The notes: generated by a model not told the origin, from the letters alone. Positions 1-12,702 are shown, counted from the whole stretch's first letter. The stretch is DNA of 63,011 nucleotides, filler included, from Reticulomyxa filosa (GCA_000512085.1; 23 parts of 23 records of this genome joined end to end with filler, not necessarily neighbours in it); one strand, 5' to 3'. Numbers and translations are program-made.

Positions 1-87
1 CTCTCTCTCTCTCTCTAGTCGGTTTGTGTTTGCGATGAGTAGATATCTCCTCCAGAGCAAGGGCATCTTCACTCGGATGACAGCGAA

Positions 88-732
88 ATGAAAGATCACT
101 TAAGCAATTTGCATCCATTTGAACGTGGCAGCACGTTGTCCGCCAATGATCTTTCGCATACCTTTGACTTGAATGATCTGCGTGCTGAATATTATCACTA
201 CCATCCCAACGGCCAAGCCAATGCTTCACCACCTGAAATCCGGTTAAGTCCGTCTCCGGAAATGGAACATGGTCCTCATGTACCAAACCCCAATAACGCC
301 TCTGCGATGGCTATTAATGCACACGCTGCAACCTCTCACAAGACAGCAACTCCTTCTCAGGGCAATGGAAACTCCAATATCAAAGCAAGTGGTGGTAGCA
401 AAAGAAAACTGGTTGAACACTCGCAAACTGATGTTCTCAAAAGATCCGCACAAGGCAATACTGCTGCCGTGGATCAATCATTTTCTACTATGTTTTTGGG
501 CTCGACCAAAGTTATTAATAGTCAATTCTTAATCCGTTTGGAGGAAGAATATGGAGAAAATGTTGCATGCGCTATTTGTATGGACGTATTTGCAAAAGGT
601 GATATTATGGCTCGATTATTATGTGGGCATTTTTTTCATAAATCATGCTTGGTTGCATGGTTATTGAAAAGTCCTACTTGTCCGAATTGTCGGGAACACG
701 TTGAAAAATTTTCCAAAGTGTCATTCTTGTAA
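88..732 (+). CDS. RING-H2 (C3H2C3) finger E3 ligase-like protein, 5' end uncertain
   Basis: C-terminal CAICMDVFAKGDIMARLLCGHFFHKSCLVAWLLKSPTCPNC fits RING-H2 spacing; preceded by a disordered region. Confidence 0.88.
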   Translation: MKDHLSNLHPFERGSTLSANDLSHTFDLNDLRAEYYHYHPNGQANASPPEIRLSPSPEMEHGPHVPNPNNASAMAINAHAATSHKTATPSQGNGNSNIKASGGSKRKLVEHSQTDVLKRSAQGNTAAVDQSFSTMFLGSTKVINSQFLIRLEEEYGENVACAICMDVFAKGDIMARLLCGHFFHKSCLVAWLLKSPTCPNCREHVEKFSKVSFL

Positions 733-1276
733 AAAAATTTTTCCCTCCTTTCTTTTTTTGTGGCTGTATTTTCAACTTTTTGTTGTGATGTGGAAGAATA
801 ACAATCTAACAAAGCTCTCATCTGATAGTGATATGAGAGTTTTGTTGTTTTGCATCGATCAAAAATGAAGTCCAATAGATTTTTAGGGCTTTTTAAGTTG
901 ATGAAGCTAAAAACACTTTTGTTTTGGATTTCTTAATATTGTTTCACCCTTCCTGTTTTGAAGTTCTGGTAACTTTCAATATCAAAGAAACAATTACTTT
1001 TCAACAAGTGCCTTACCTCAGATTATTGTTTACTATTTCTTCCTTTGGCAATCAAAATTTCAAATCAATTTTCTGACAGAAATTGGAAAAGTAAAGCATT
1101 CATACAGCCAAGGAAAAAAAAAAGCAAAACAAAAACATTGGGCAATATCAAACAAAAAAAGCAAACAACGTTTTATACAATTTAAAACGCCATTCCCATG
1201 TTTGTTTGATCATCTGATTGTTTTGGCTAGGAAGTTTTGATACTTGCCAACCCAATCAAACGAAGAATGTCGGATT

Positions 1277-2460
1277 TTAGAACGAAATCTCGTTTTCAAT
1301 GTATTCAAACAAGTTCTTTCTGTATTGTGCAGAAGTACGTGTATAATGGATAACCTCTTGTCTGGTTTTGTTATCTCCAAGTTTATCCAAATCAAAATCT
1401 AATTTAGCTTGCAATCCATTGCAAAAATTTTCCAAAGTTCCTTGTTGTTGTTTAAACAGCTGGGAATTGATTTTTTGGTCCATGAAAAAGGCAATTGGAT
1501 AGGTCCACGCCAACACGTGCCAGCATTGAATTGCCTCTTGTACTGCCTCCAACAAAAAGTTGGCTTCATTCAATCGCCATTGGAATTTGTTTGACAATTC
1601 ATGCATACGATCATGAGTTCGTGTCAACTAATTCAAAGAGCAGTCAATTGTTTTGATTTATTCAAAGAGCAAGGAAGAAGAGGGAGGGGGGGGAGAGGAG
1701 AAAAAAAGGGAATATTAAATAAATGAAAAAAAACTCCAATTTTTTTTTGTGTTACTAAAGAGATGTGATAAAATTGTAAGAAAGAAATGAACCTCTTTTT
1801 TGGCATGGTTGGAAGACTTGACATGAGAATCAAATCTCGTCCAATGGAATTCATATCGTTCCAACTCATTAACAGCATTTTCTGATTTTTTATCTTCATC
1901 ACTCTGCTTTCCTTCTGCTTTTTGCTTGTCGTAGATATTGCACTGGTAATATCCACCAGTGTTGCTGCCGTGATCCTTCCAATCTCCTTTGCAGAGCCAG
2001 CAAAATTCATGGCCACAACCACCAACATTTTTTCGGCACTTTTTTTATTTTGTATTTTGTATTTTGTATTTTGAAAGTGTGAATTATTGTAAACGGTATT
2101 GTTTACCAAAAAAAAAGTTTTGTTTTTTTTTTTTTTGTTTGTTCATTTATGTATGTATTTTTGAACAGAGTATTGATTGGCTAAACAGTCATATGATTGC
2201 ACCCTTGATTTTTTCAATCGGCACACTACACTTGGGACACTTTTTGGTTTTGGCCAAGATCCACTGCAAGTTTTCAGCTTCATCACTGTTCTTAGCATTC
2301 CATTGTCTGGCCACTTCGCACGACGCAGGGAAGTGTGACTCTTGTTTGCACGCCCAGCAAAAGCGCAGCCCGCAGCTCTTGCACTCCACCTCCTTTGCGC
2401 CTCCACTGCTGGATGAATACATCATATCGCAGTTTTTCCCAGGGCAAAAGGCATAATCTT
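1277..2460 (-). CDS. Ariadne-family RBR E3 ubiquitin ligase, 3' part (IBR, RING2, Ariadne domain), spliced
   Basis: IBR CKSCGLRFCWACKQESHFPASC; RING2 TKKCPKCSVPIEK(NQGCNHMT)|CRKNVGGCGHEFCWLCKGDWKDHG..GGYYQCNIY; Ariadne-domain LERYEFHWTRF and CWHVLAWTY. GT-AG introns at about 2186-2039 and 1793-1628. One base is missing from the A-run at 2209-2214. Confidence 0.9.
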
Positions 2461-2543
2461 TACTGCACTGTCACGTTCCTCCCCCCCCGTGAGTCACATT
2501 TGTTTTGTGTATTTACACTTGCACATATACATATACATATACA

Positions 2544-2643
2544 NNNNNNNNNNNNNNNNNNNNNNNNNNNNNNNNNNNNNNNNNNNNTTAATTAATTAAN
2601 NNNNNNNNNNNNNNNNNNNNNNNNNNNNNNNNNNNNNNNNNNN
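2544..2643. other. Artificial contig-joining spacer (N44-TTAATTAATTAA-N44), first of 22
   Basis: Identical 100-bp spacer with stops in all six frames at 2544, 5085, 6211, 7998, 10425, 13224, 14373, 17055, 19995, 21576, 23666, 26904, 33650, 34860, 36075, 37612, 41022, 43485, 44842, 52714, 56689 and 61156. Confidence 0.98.
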
Positions 2644-2659
2644 AAAAAAAAAAAAAAAG

Positions 2660-3236
2660 GTGATTCAAACACTGAATCTTGGAAAGTGGCGTGGGTTTGA
2701 ACGCGGAAGCCAATTGACACACAACTTTTGGTCCCCTCAACTGCAGCTGCAGCGCCAACGGACACGCGTGACGTCGCTGGATGACACGTCGATGGACCTG
2801 CTGCTGCTGCTGGACTTGGGCCACGGACTGCCGTTCGACGACCTGTGGGTGTCGGACGCGATCGCGCTGTTTGAAAAGTACGAGAACCTGCAAGTGTTGG
2901 GTGGGTTCAGTGGACTGATCGGACAAGGGAGTACGTATGGGGACGTGGAATGGAAGGAGCAGCGGCCGTTGATGCCTGAAACAAGCGAAAGCAAAAATAA
3001 TAACAATAACAATAACAATAACAATAACAATAACAATAACAATAACAAGAATAAGAATAAGAATAAAAATAAACAAGATTCGATCGAGTATAAATTCAGG
3101 CGAGATCAAAGCGAGTTGGAGGAGTACGATCAAGCTAATTTGTTGTACACAAAGATGTTAGAATTGAAACACGTGTACTATAAACACTTTGTCATTCGCA
3201 AGATGAATGGCGAAGAGGAACTACGAAGAAAGAGTG

Positions 3237-3273
<37 letters not shown>

Positions 3274-4200
3274 TGAACAAAAAGGGGAAGAAATGCTATC
3301 GTACGAAGAGTTACAATGGAAACAACGTGTTGAATATATTCTCAATGCTCGTAACATTGAGTTAACAGACTTCTTCTTCAACTATCCACGCCATGGCATT
3401 CTGGTTCGGCCTGGCGCTTGGGACGCTTGCTTGGATGCGTTGCGCGCCACTCTCAGCGTTCGCTTCCGTGCTTGGACAGAGTACGAAGGACTCCCCGAGT
3501 TCTATGGCGTCGGACTGCTCCCGCGCTTGAAACCCATCCCCTATCAGACTCGCATCAAGTCCTTCCGACATAGCGATGTCTTTGCACACGATTGGGTGCC
3601 CTTCATGTTCATCACCGCAGTCAAATTCGGACCCATCTTTGTTCGCAAACAGTGGTGGTTCGATACTCTCTTGCCTCGTCTCACCTTGGCTCAACATCAC
3701 TTCCCCGAACATCATCTCGATCAATGGCTCGATGTCGAAATTTCGTTGCATACTTGGGCTGCTGGCGGGTGTGTTTCTATTTTTTTTTTAATAATATTTG
3801 AATACACATATACATATACATATATATATGTATTTTTTGCAGACAAGTTGGCCTATATAACGCTGACGGGTTTCAGTTTGATCGCAACTTGTTTGAGGCT
3901 GAAATTCGCAGGGATGCTCATTTAGATCACAACTTCCAAGAATTTCGACAAACACACCCTTTGGCTAATCATCGTGATTGGGATGTCTTCAACGTCACCA
4001 TGCTGCTTCTGCTCAATGAACAAGAACTGAACAGTCCTCATCTCTCTGTACAGCTCAAAAATACGGCCAATAATTTACGAGACACCACTGCCGTTAGATA
4101 TGCTCTGCAAAACTTGCAGGAATTGGGTGAATATGAGAGGTTGTTCGACCCTCGTATCCAACACATGATTGATACATGGAAACCAAATATTGTAAACTAA
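2660..4200 (+). CDS. GT-A fold glycosyltransferase (GT2-like), 5' truncated, with poly-Asn inserts
   Basis: PFMFITAVKFGPIFVRK and DVEISLHTWAAGG|QVGLY resemble GT2/GT27 C-terminal motifs. Intron 3769-3842 (GT..CAG) joins ORF 2660 in frame to ORF 3889-4200. Confidence 0.6.
2996..3272 (+). repeat. (AATAAC)n/(AAT)n microsatellites encoding poly-Asn
   Basis: Visible tandem repeats at 2996-3070 and 3237-3272; similar tracts at 26840-26903 and 33636-33649. Confidence 0.9.
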
Positions 4201-5026
4201 AACTGACTTCACACTTATTATTATACATTTCCTTTTTTTTTTCTTCTATCTCTTTTTCTTTTTGCAGAATGTGCTTTTTTTTTTGGGACTCCTTAAAAAA
4301 AAATAACCCAATTCATTTCCAAATATTTCACTTTGTTCATTATTGAGTTTTTCTTTCGACAAGGCTCACCAACAATTTATGGTACACAGAAAAAGTGTTC
4401 ATTTTAATTCCTTTTATTTCTTTTTTCTGCTAAAAGTTTCTTGTCTTCATATCAACAAAAGGGGCCGAGTTCAGTTCCGAGATGAGCAACAACCTATGGA
4501 CTTGGGTATGATTTATTTATATTGAGGTAATTTTGTCGAAATCTATTCTTTTTTTGTTGATGATTGTCAAATAGACGAACAGAATTGCCCTTCATCACCT
4601 TGTTTGTCAGCTGACACAACTTTTGAGCCTCTGCTGAGTGTTTCCCTAAATGAGGAGCCACAACAATCAATCCTCGATTCCAGCAGCAACTCAAAACGTC
4701 TGTTCTAACACATCTATCCTTTTCTTGTTGTTTGTGGATCCAAAAAACCTGCTATAACCATGTCTGTGTTTTTTTTTCTTTTTCCCCTGCCGCTTCGTGC
4801 AAATAATAGAAGGCGCTGATACTATCCTGTGTAATAGCGTTTCAGCTCCACAACAAAAGAGCAAAATAAAGTTTCAATTCAAAGCATCCCCACACCTTCC
4901 AGGTAGACATAATGTGTTGTTTTAAAAAAGAAAAAACTTTTTGGGAAAAAAAGATGTTATACCATTTTGATTGGGAGACTTTTTCGTTTTACACTTAATT
5001 TTTTTTTGGGTGTATGGGAAGAGAGG

Positions 5027-5064
5027 AAACCCTTTCGGTTCCAACGTTGGAACCGAAAGGGTTT
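5027..5064. repeat. Perfect 38-bp palindrome
   Basis: AAACCCTTTCGGTTCCAACGTTGGAACCGAAAGGGTTT is its own reverse complement; it lies 20 bp from a contig end. Confidence 0.95.
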
Positions 5065-5184
5065 GAATTCCGGGTTTTTAAAAANNNNNNNNNNNNNNNN
5101 NNNNNNNNNNNNNNNNNNNNNNNNNNNNTTAATTAATTAANNNNNNNNNNNNNNNNNNNNNNNNNNNNNNNNNNNNNNNNNNNN

Positions 5185-5850
5185 TTTTCCATTGATCTGA
5201 TCCTTTGATCAATGGCCATTGAAAAGATGATTGTGCTTTCTTGCCTCTTTTGACGAGGATAATGCATCTTTGGGTAAGGAGACATCGTTAAGCTAGTCTT
5301 CAAATTGTCGCGGTTACTTGGACACATCGCCCGGTCGGTACGGGATAAATCATTTTCACAGGCTCTTCCTTTTTTTTATTTTCCTTACTTTCATCCAATT
5401 TGCTCACCACCTCCAATCATGTCGCTTGTTCCGGAAATGTCTCAATTTTCACCTTTGTCTTGTCGTAAGTTCCATCGGCATTCACTTCCATCAATCGTAA
5501 AAACTTTGAATATATGATAATGTATTTCTCATGGCTATACTTTTTATCACATTACCATATATATGTACATATATGCACATACACATGCCCTTCCAAAAAT
5601 ATAAAACAATAAAATAAGACAAACATAAGTTTGTTCCACATTAATAGATCTTCCTCGGAAATTCTGGGCCACGTACGCAAGTAGATTCCATTGGTCAATA
5701 TGCAGCCATTCATGTGCCAACTCTTTCTTCAACTGCAAAGAGGTCTTCTGCGTCAACGAACTCGATATTGTCAATTGGACCTTGGACCTGGTCTTGACAC
5801 ATGACGAAAATGCAAGTTTCAACTCATTCTTACTATGTCTTCGTCCTTTT
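5185..5850 (-). pseudogene. Degenerate coding remnant, possibly with a ubiquitin-like domain
   Basis: TSLQLKKELAHEWLHIDQWNLLAYVAQNFRGRSINVEQT loosely resembles the UBL pattern T..LK..I...LIFRGR.L....T; the downstream exon has stops and frame changes. Confidence 0.25.
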
Positions 5851-6490
5851 AGTTAATTTGCGATTCAAAAAAAAAAAATTGTCATGTCCTCTTTTTTTTT
5901 TCAAATCAAAACTTTCTTATTGTAAGCAGTATATTTGTACTATTTCAGTGATATTGGATATCAAGTCTAACACTCACTTACTGATTTTTGAATACCACTT
6001 TCTTGTATTGCTCTCATTGTTTGTAGAGACGCTTCTTTCAACATTTTAGACAATTCAGTTATCGATTAGTCACAACCAACAAATACTTCATAACTATTTA
6101 AGAAAGCTGCAACCAGGACAGCAATTTACAAGAGGATGAGAAGAGAATGAGAAAAGATTTAGAAGGAATTTCACCTTTCGGTGAAAGTTTCCATATTGCA
6201 GTAAGACTGCNNNNNNNNNNNNNNNNNNNNNNNNNNNNNNNNNNNNNNNNNNNNTTAATTAATTAANNNNNNNNNNNNNNNNNNNNNNNNNNNNNNNNNN
6301 NNNNNNNNNNAAAAAAAAATGCATTCAATATTGTCATTATCGTGATCAGACTCAAATTCATCACTCCATTTACCAATCACTGCGTTAACTTTGCAACAGG
6401 TTACAAAAGAATGGACACTTGGCTAAGCATTGTGTAAATGGCGACATCACGTCCTTTTAAATTTGCTGGAGTGGATTTACCTTCTTCCAC

Positions 6491-7650
6491 CTAGTGTTCA
6501 GTGTAGTAATGATAGAACACTATGAATACTGCTTTGTTGTCCCATCGTTCATTGTTATTTATATCATACACATTTCCGGACATCAGTCTTTTAATTTCTT
6601 CAATGACTCGATAGTCATTTGCCATTGTAATGATTAAATCTACAATTTCTTGATGGAGATCTAGTTTAAACAGACCATGTACGCATTGTGCTAATGTTTC
6701 AGCCACCTTTGTTCAATTCAGTGAGTGTTGTTAATTTGTTTTTAACTTTACAAAGTAAAAAAAAATAAATCCTCAAAACTAGTTTGTCGTTCAAAGACAT
6801 CGATGATGTTTCAATTTTTGATGTAGCTTTAAAGTATTTGAGGTCATCTTGGAACAATGTCGGAATAATCAAATTGAAAGCAATCATAACGCGTCGTCAT
6901 TTGGTGAAAGTTTTAATTTCGTGAGAAATGACAGTGTAAAACGCCAGCCAATTCATTTGATGTGCTAAGTCACTTTTTTCTTCTTGGGATAGATTCCACT
7001 CAACATTTTTGCCTTCAAATGATAATATCAAACTCACACCTTCGAATCATTCTTCTGTTGGTAATGATAGCAGCAATGTCTCAAAATGTCCCTTTTGATA
7101 CTTTGTGTCAACATTAGCTTAAAAAAACCGCATTCACATCAGACACAATTTTTTTAAATATTAAAAAAAATGTAAAGAACACAACCTGCTTCATACACTA
7201 AAAACTTATAAGGCAATGCGGTAATGTATTTAATGTGCATAGCTAACTCAAATCGGATTTTTTCTAAGATCATGTTATTGTTGAGTTAAGCCAAAAATTT
7301 TTCAGAACAAACTGTCCAATGCTAAGCTCGACTCCCGTGTGCACCTCTTTGTCCATCTTAGTTTCTGTTCCATGCCCGTAAGAACTCTCAGTGCTTATCT
7401 CTATGATCTTGGATAGTACTTTGTCTTTTATGGGGAATGTCAATGGGTTCGCAAAGTCTCCCAGAGAGGGAACCTTCACAATTGGGAAGTCTATATTTTT
7501 GTCATTAGTCTATTCGTTTACTCTAACGTTTATGACTTTCTTTAACTCGCTTTGCTCCGGCAATGAAACGTGTCTGAAAAACCACACGAAGCTATCAAAA
7601 GCATTAATAAATTCTCATCTTCGAGTATATCTCACATGTTCTTGTCTAAT
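6491..7650 (-). pseudogene. 2OG-Fe(II) oxygenase (prolyl-4-hydroxylase-like) pseudogene
   Basis: SSYGHGTETKMDKEV, YKFLVYEAG..GFFKANVDTK..GHFETLLLSLP, WLAFYTVISHEIKTFTK*RRVMIAFNL match the family pattern YKLLxY..GFFxxHxD...FGTLVVxLP...AFYxDxxHExxxVTxGxRxxLxYNL. In-frame TGA at 7047-7049 and 6897-6899; HxD reads NVD; the intron acceptor near 7130 appears lost. Confidence 0.8.
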
Positions 7651-10073
7651 TTCTTTTTTGTGAAAGGAATGTTGTATTGTTTTTTTTTTTTTTGGTTAGG
7701 ACGCTTCCTTTCTTAGTTTCCTTTCGTTCAGAGCAATTTCTGGGCATGTGACCGAGCTATATCACTTTTGCTTTTCCGTTTGGTAATATAAATATTTTTA
7801 CTTAAATCTTTTAAAAAAAGTTATAGAATAAAACTATTTGTACATTTAATAAAATGTATTTTTTAAATAATGTTTTTTAAAGTGTAAAAACATTGCATAC
7901 TTAAATTTTTTAATTTCTTTCAAAGAATTAACAAATAAACTCATATGATATTAAAAAAAAATTAAGAAAGTTCTAACTGTTCAATTTAAAACAAAATNNN
8001 NNNNNNNNNNNNNNNNNNNNNNNNNNNNNNNNNNNNNNNNNTTAATTAATTAANNNNNNNNNNNNNNNNNNNNNNNNNNNNNNNNNNNNNNNNNNNNCAG
8101 AAAAGTCTGGTCCGGTGAGTAAGGAACTTTCCCTGCGAAAAGAAGTTTACGACTACGAATTCCTACTCTACAGCTGTGTTGAAAAAGGTATGCTACAATT
8201 CTGTAGTGATGTGTTGACACGACGAGATTGTCATAATATTAAGTGACTTATCAGCATGCAGTAGAATATAGCAACTCAGATTTATGAATACCATCAATGT
8301 GACAACAATGCTGCCTTTCTTTTTTCATTTTTTTTTAAAGAAATAATATAATTTATTGCAGATAAAGTTAAATTAATCATTTTCTTTTATTATTTTAATT
8401 GAAGATTAAAAAAAAAAAAAGACAATCAATTTAAACTTTTTTTTTATTATTTTGTGACAATCTTATCCAAATAAAATGTCGTTTTACTAATCCCAATTAT
8501 TGTTTCAAACTATTCACACATTATCATTACGAACCATAAAAAGATAATCAATTTACTTTTTTTTTATTAATATTGAACATTTTCTTGTTTAATATTTTGT
8601 GTTATTTCCTGCATCAAATTCTCCTTCACAACATAGTACTGTCGCAATCTTATTGCATACACTTGATCTTTATTGAGTATTTCTCAATTGTCGAGAAGAA
8701 TATTATGTTCATTCTTATAAATAATTCTTTATCAGGCTTGTATATGTATGTTTTGTTTCTATTATTGTTATTGACAGTACTAAACGAGTTTTTTTTTGAC
8801 TAAACAAAAAAATCAAGTCCTAGCTCTTTTGTTCGTTTTATTGCAGAAACATTCTCTTGTCGTAGGCTTCCAGTAATATTGCGTTGTCTTCCTTTTTTTT
8901 TCACATGTGGTGTTTATGATTATGTTTTTCAGCCGAACAAAGAAAACGTTAGACAATTTACTATATGCTGCAATCCAATAGCTATAGTTTCAAAAGACTG
9001 AAGAACAACCAAGCAAAATGATTTGTGACAAAAACGATGAGATAATGTAGAATTATACACATTTGTTGCAATCCAAGCACGTCAACAGGTTTAAACAAAA
9101 CTAGTGGCGTTGTAGTGATTGTGATGGACTTTGTAGTTACGCTAACGTTCAAAAGAAGCGGTATGATTGGAACGTTAAATGAAAGCCTTTTTAAATTTGA
9201 TTTTTTATTTTTTTTTTATTTTTTGTTTTTTTTCTGTTGATTGGAAATTTTTCAGAATGTAGCGTGAAACTATATTTCAATTCGAACAATTTCGGTTAAT
9301 GTTACAATTATAGCTCTAACATCAATATAAAAGTGAACATACTAATGTAAAATTCATGAAATATTGACAATTGCTTCGTTTTATTTACATTATAGTAGTA
9401 TGTAATAATTTAATAAAATTATTTTTAATTATGTTAGGTTTTTTTAAATTAATATTTATATAATATTATACATATACTGAATCACTAATGGTAGATTTGT
9501 TTATGATATGCTATTATCAAACTTGTCACAGTGAAAATAATAAAACATCGAATAGTCGAATATTAAATTGGTACGTCCGATAGATAAATATAACAGTTTA
9601 GATTACATAAAAAGCAATAATTATTATATTAATTTATCTATGGTTCATTTGCGGGTCCAATTCATGCATGCAAATATTGTCTTTTTTTTTCAACAATAAA
9701 AAATTATTTTATTTGTCCTTTTAAATACAAATTTTCTTTTCTAAGGTGATAATTACACTAATCATTTTGAAAGTTATCATATTATGTGTTTTTAGGTGTG
9801 TTGACAAAACAAGGAACTCTTTAATAGTCCGAACTCTCCCTTTTTAGGTTGTTTCCATGGACACTGACATTAAAGTTACAAGGACAATATTGTCTTTTTT
9901 GTTGTTCATTTTTCCTAAAATAACTCGCATTAATCGAATAGGTCAGTGATAAATCTGAGACACATCAACACAGCACGACAGAACCAGGTAAGTGTTGCAT
10001 TAGAACTTTGTTCATTAAGGCAAATAACTCAACTAAACAAATAAGCAAATTAAAAAAAAAAGAGAGTAAAAAA

Positions 10074-10386
10074 ATGGAAGAAAAGACGACAGCATTGCAA
10101 AAGGGCATAATGGAGATTGAAAAAGTGAAGAAAGCAAAAGGCGAGAAATGGGATGAAAAGCAAATGATATCATTTTATTTTAACACATTCGGATTCACAG
10201 AGCAGCTCTCTAAGCCGCAACAGCCTGTGCTCGTTTTAGGTGTATATATTTTGAAGCACATCTCACCATTCAAAGATTTGTGGCATCATACAACAAATGG
10301 CTCTGAACCTCTTATCTCATTAGACGCATGTGCCAATTTTCTGGAAGAGATTGAAAAGTCATATTGCAACAATCCATGTTTCCAAT

Positions 10387-10424
<38 letters not shown>
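10074..10424 (+). CDS. Class I cyclic-nucleotide phosphodiesterase, partial (start of catalytic domain)
   Basis: FNTFGF...PVLVLGVYIL...ANFLEEIEKSYCNNP followed by T|gt, consistent with the PDEase FL..IE..Y..NPYHN motif being interrupted by an intron at the contig end. The H residues themselves are not in the window. Confidence 0.65.
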
Positions 10425-10574
10425 NNNNNNNNNNNNNNNNNNNNNNNNNNNNNNNNNNNNNNNNNNNNTTAATTAATTAANNNNNNNNNNNNNNNNNNNN
10501 NNNNNNNNNNNNNNNNNNNNNNNNTTATAAAAACAAATCAAAACAAATATCTCCCCCCAATGAAAAAAAAACAG

Positions 10575-12702
10575 CTCAAGAAATCAATGAAAGGTTTATG
10601 AACGAGAGATGACTTGCTAGTGCGATGTGTGGTTGGACGCAGTGAGATTGACCTGCGCGATATAATAACAACGTTAAATGCGAAATTTGGCGAAGGCAAA
10701 ACGCTGGTGCAATGGCTGCGAGACGATACTTTCGGGGAGTATGCAAAATGCTGTTGGCGTTGTGCAGGTTCGATCCGTCCATGTCCGCGTCGCGAATGAG
10801 TCTACTCAATCAGCAAATTCTCCTTCCTTCTTCTTACTCCTCTTCCTTATCCCCTTTGGCGGCGGAAGAAGCCAAAAAACTCAAAGAAGAAAAGGAACAT
10901 TAAAAGAAAAAGAAGAAAAAGAAAAGGTCAATAAGCATAAGTAAACGTGGGATGAGCAATTGACTACTTCGCCAACTGTTGTTTTAAACCCTCACTTCGA
11001 TGCTGACTTTGCTGCTCAACTCTTTGCAGACATAATTTTTCGTCTAAAAAAAAAATTTTTTAAATACATATATTTTTTTTTGCAAAAAAATTTTTAAAAA
11101 AAAAGACGGACAATGAGATGGATCGGTTGAAAAAAAAGACAAAAAGGGTGACTTGAAAAAGTTAAAAAAATAACTAATAGCAGTGATGATATCGATAACG
11201 AACTTGCAATGCCAAGAGCTGATGCAAAAATTTGTGACAACAGCAAAGAACCTGAAGGTGTCTTTGGAAAGTGCCATCCACACTGCCTTGGGGAAGCGAG
11301 TGAAGACGACATCAATCCTTGTGACGATGTTGACGCCGACTGCAGATTACATTGCCCAAATGCTTCGCGATGGATTAAAGCAGCTGCCATTGCTGATCGA
11401 AGTGATCTGCACGTGCACCAACCAGCACGACATGCTGCAAGAAGTGCACAAGGCCACGAAGAGCAAGAAGAATCTGAACTCGATGCTGTCCACCATTTTG
11501 AAAGCAAATCGTCTCGAGTCCTCGCAAGTCAACGTGGCCGAAGCCATCCAAGACGCTACGCTGCTGAAACCGCAAAGCCCGATCCCCACGTGTGGGAAGT
11601 GTTCTTTGTCACCAAGAGTCTCTATCACATTCAAAAAACGTCTGAACTGTATGCTACCATGTCTGAACTTACGTTAAGTCACAAACCAATTTTTTTTTTT
11701 TTATTTAAAAAAAAAGTGGATGATAACATTTGAGATGTCAAAAAAAAGATTGATATCAGTTGCTCAAAAAGTGTTGGGCAATAATTCATTTTTAGCGCAG
11801 AAACTATTTTCCAAATGGCTTTGAATCGCTTTGAATATTTTGCATTGACGTTTTTTTTATTCAATAAAAAAAAAGGGGGAGGGGATTAGTAAAGAGTTCA
11901 ATTTTTTTTTTTTTTGTAGTTGCATTCTCTTTTTTGTAAGTTGTTATCTAAGTTTTGCAAAATTGCAAATGTAAAAACACAAAAAAAAAAAAGTTGAGAG
12001 ATTCAATGAAAGTGGTTGTATACAAAGCGTATATGTTGACGCTCGTATTGGTGCTGCGAAGCGAAATGGGCATGGGCGAGAACCAGCAGGAGTTTGACAA
12101 GAGTCCGCAACACACGAATAACAAGACATTGCTGCAATGGTTGACGACGACTTGACTGGCAGCTTTTTTGTCCGCTTGTTGCGCTTGGCTAGCCTTTACG
12201 CAACCAAAGACGATGGCAACGACAGCGACACCGAGTACTCGGCCATACGACAAACAACAGTCGACCCACATGCCATCAGTGCTGCCAATGCATCGCAGGC
12301 GTCACTTTTGGACAGCGTTGCCGAAAATGAGCATGAACAAGACGATAATGATGATGATAATGATAATGAAGATACGCAAACCAATGGAAGCGAAACGGCC
12401 AACGACACGGAGACTGAGCAGATGATGTGAAGGTTAGAATAAGTGCCGAAACTGATAATGAAGTCGAGACACCTACAACGACGACGAGTCCAATGGCCAG
12501 TGCTACCTTCGCCACGCCAAAGACGACAAGACAACACGATCTGTCTTCAAATGCCAGTGAAAACTTGAGCACTGGCTCCGACATCGATCACGAACTCTCA
12601 GGCAAAAAGTCTCTGACGATCACCACTATTGCTGCTACCTCTCCTCTGCTTCCACTCTCATTGTCTCGCCAACTGCCTCCACCCATACCACTACTAGCTT
12701 GA
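10575..12702 (+). pseudogene. Annexin-family pseudogene with at least five repeats (two cores) and an acidic Ser/Thr tail
   Basis: LKKSMKGL*TRDDLLVRCVVGRSEIDL..GKTLVQWLRDDTFGEY(fs)MLLALC; MLTPTADYIAQML; LIEVICTCTN; ANRLESSQVNVAEAIQDA; LRDSMK..LVLRSEMGM..KTLLQW(fs)DDDLTGSF. TGA at 10599 plus several frameshifts and stops. Confidence 0.82.

Noticed and set aside
2588-3381. Hydrophobic VIVIVI and poly-Leu ORFs on the - strand
   Set aside because: Antisense readings of the poly-Asn microsatellites in the glycosyltransferase.
4494-4910. Possible small spliced gene on the - strand starting at ATG 4910
   Set aside because: I could not build a consistent exon chain or recognise a family.
6897-10601. 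TGA recoded as Gly (TGA at Gly-expected positions 6897, 7047 and 10599)
   Set aside because: These loci also carry frameshifts and other lesions, GGA-to-TGA is a single substitution, and intact genes (ceramidase, fucosyltransferase, serpin) end in TGA.
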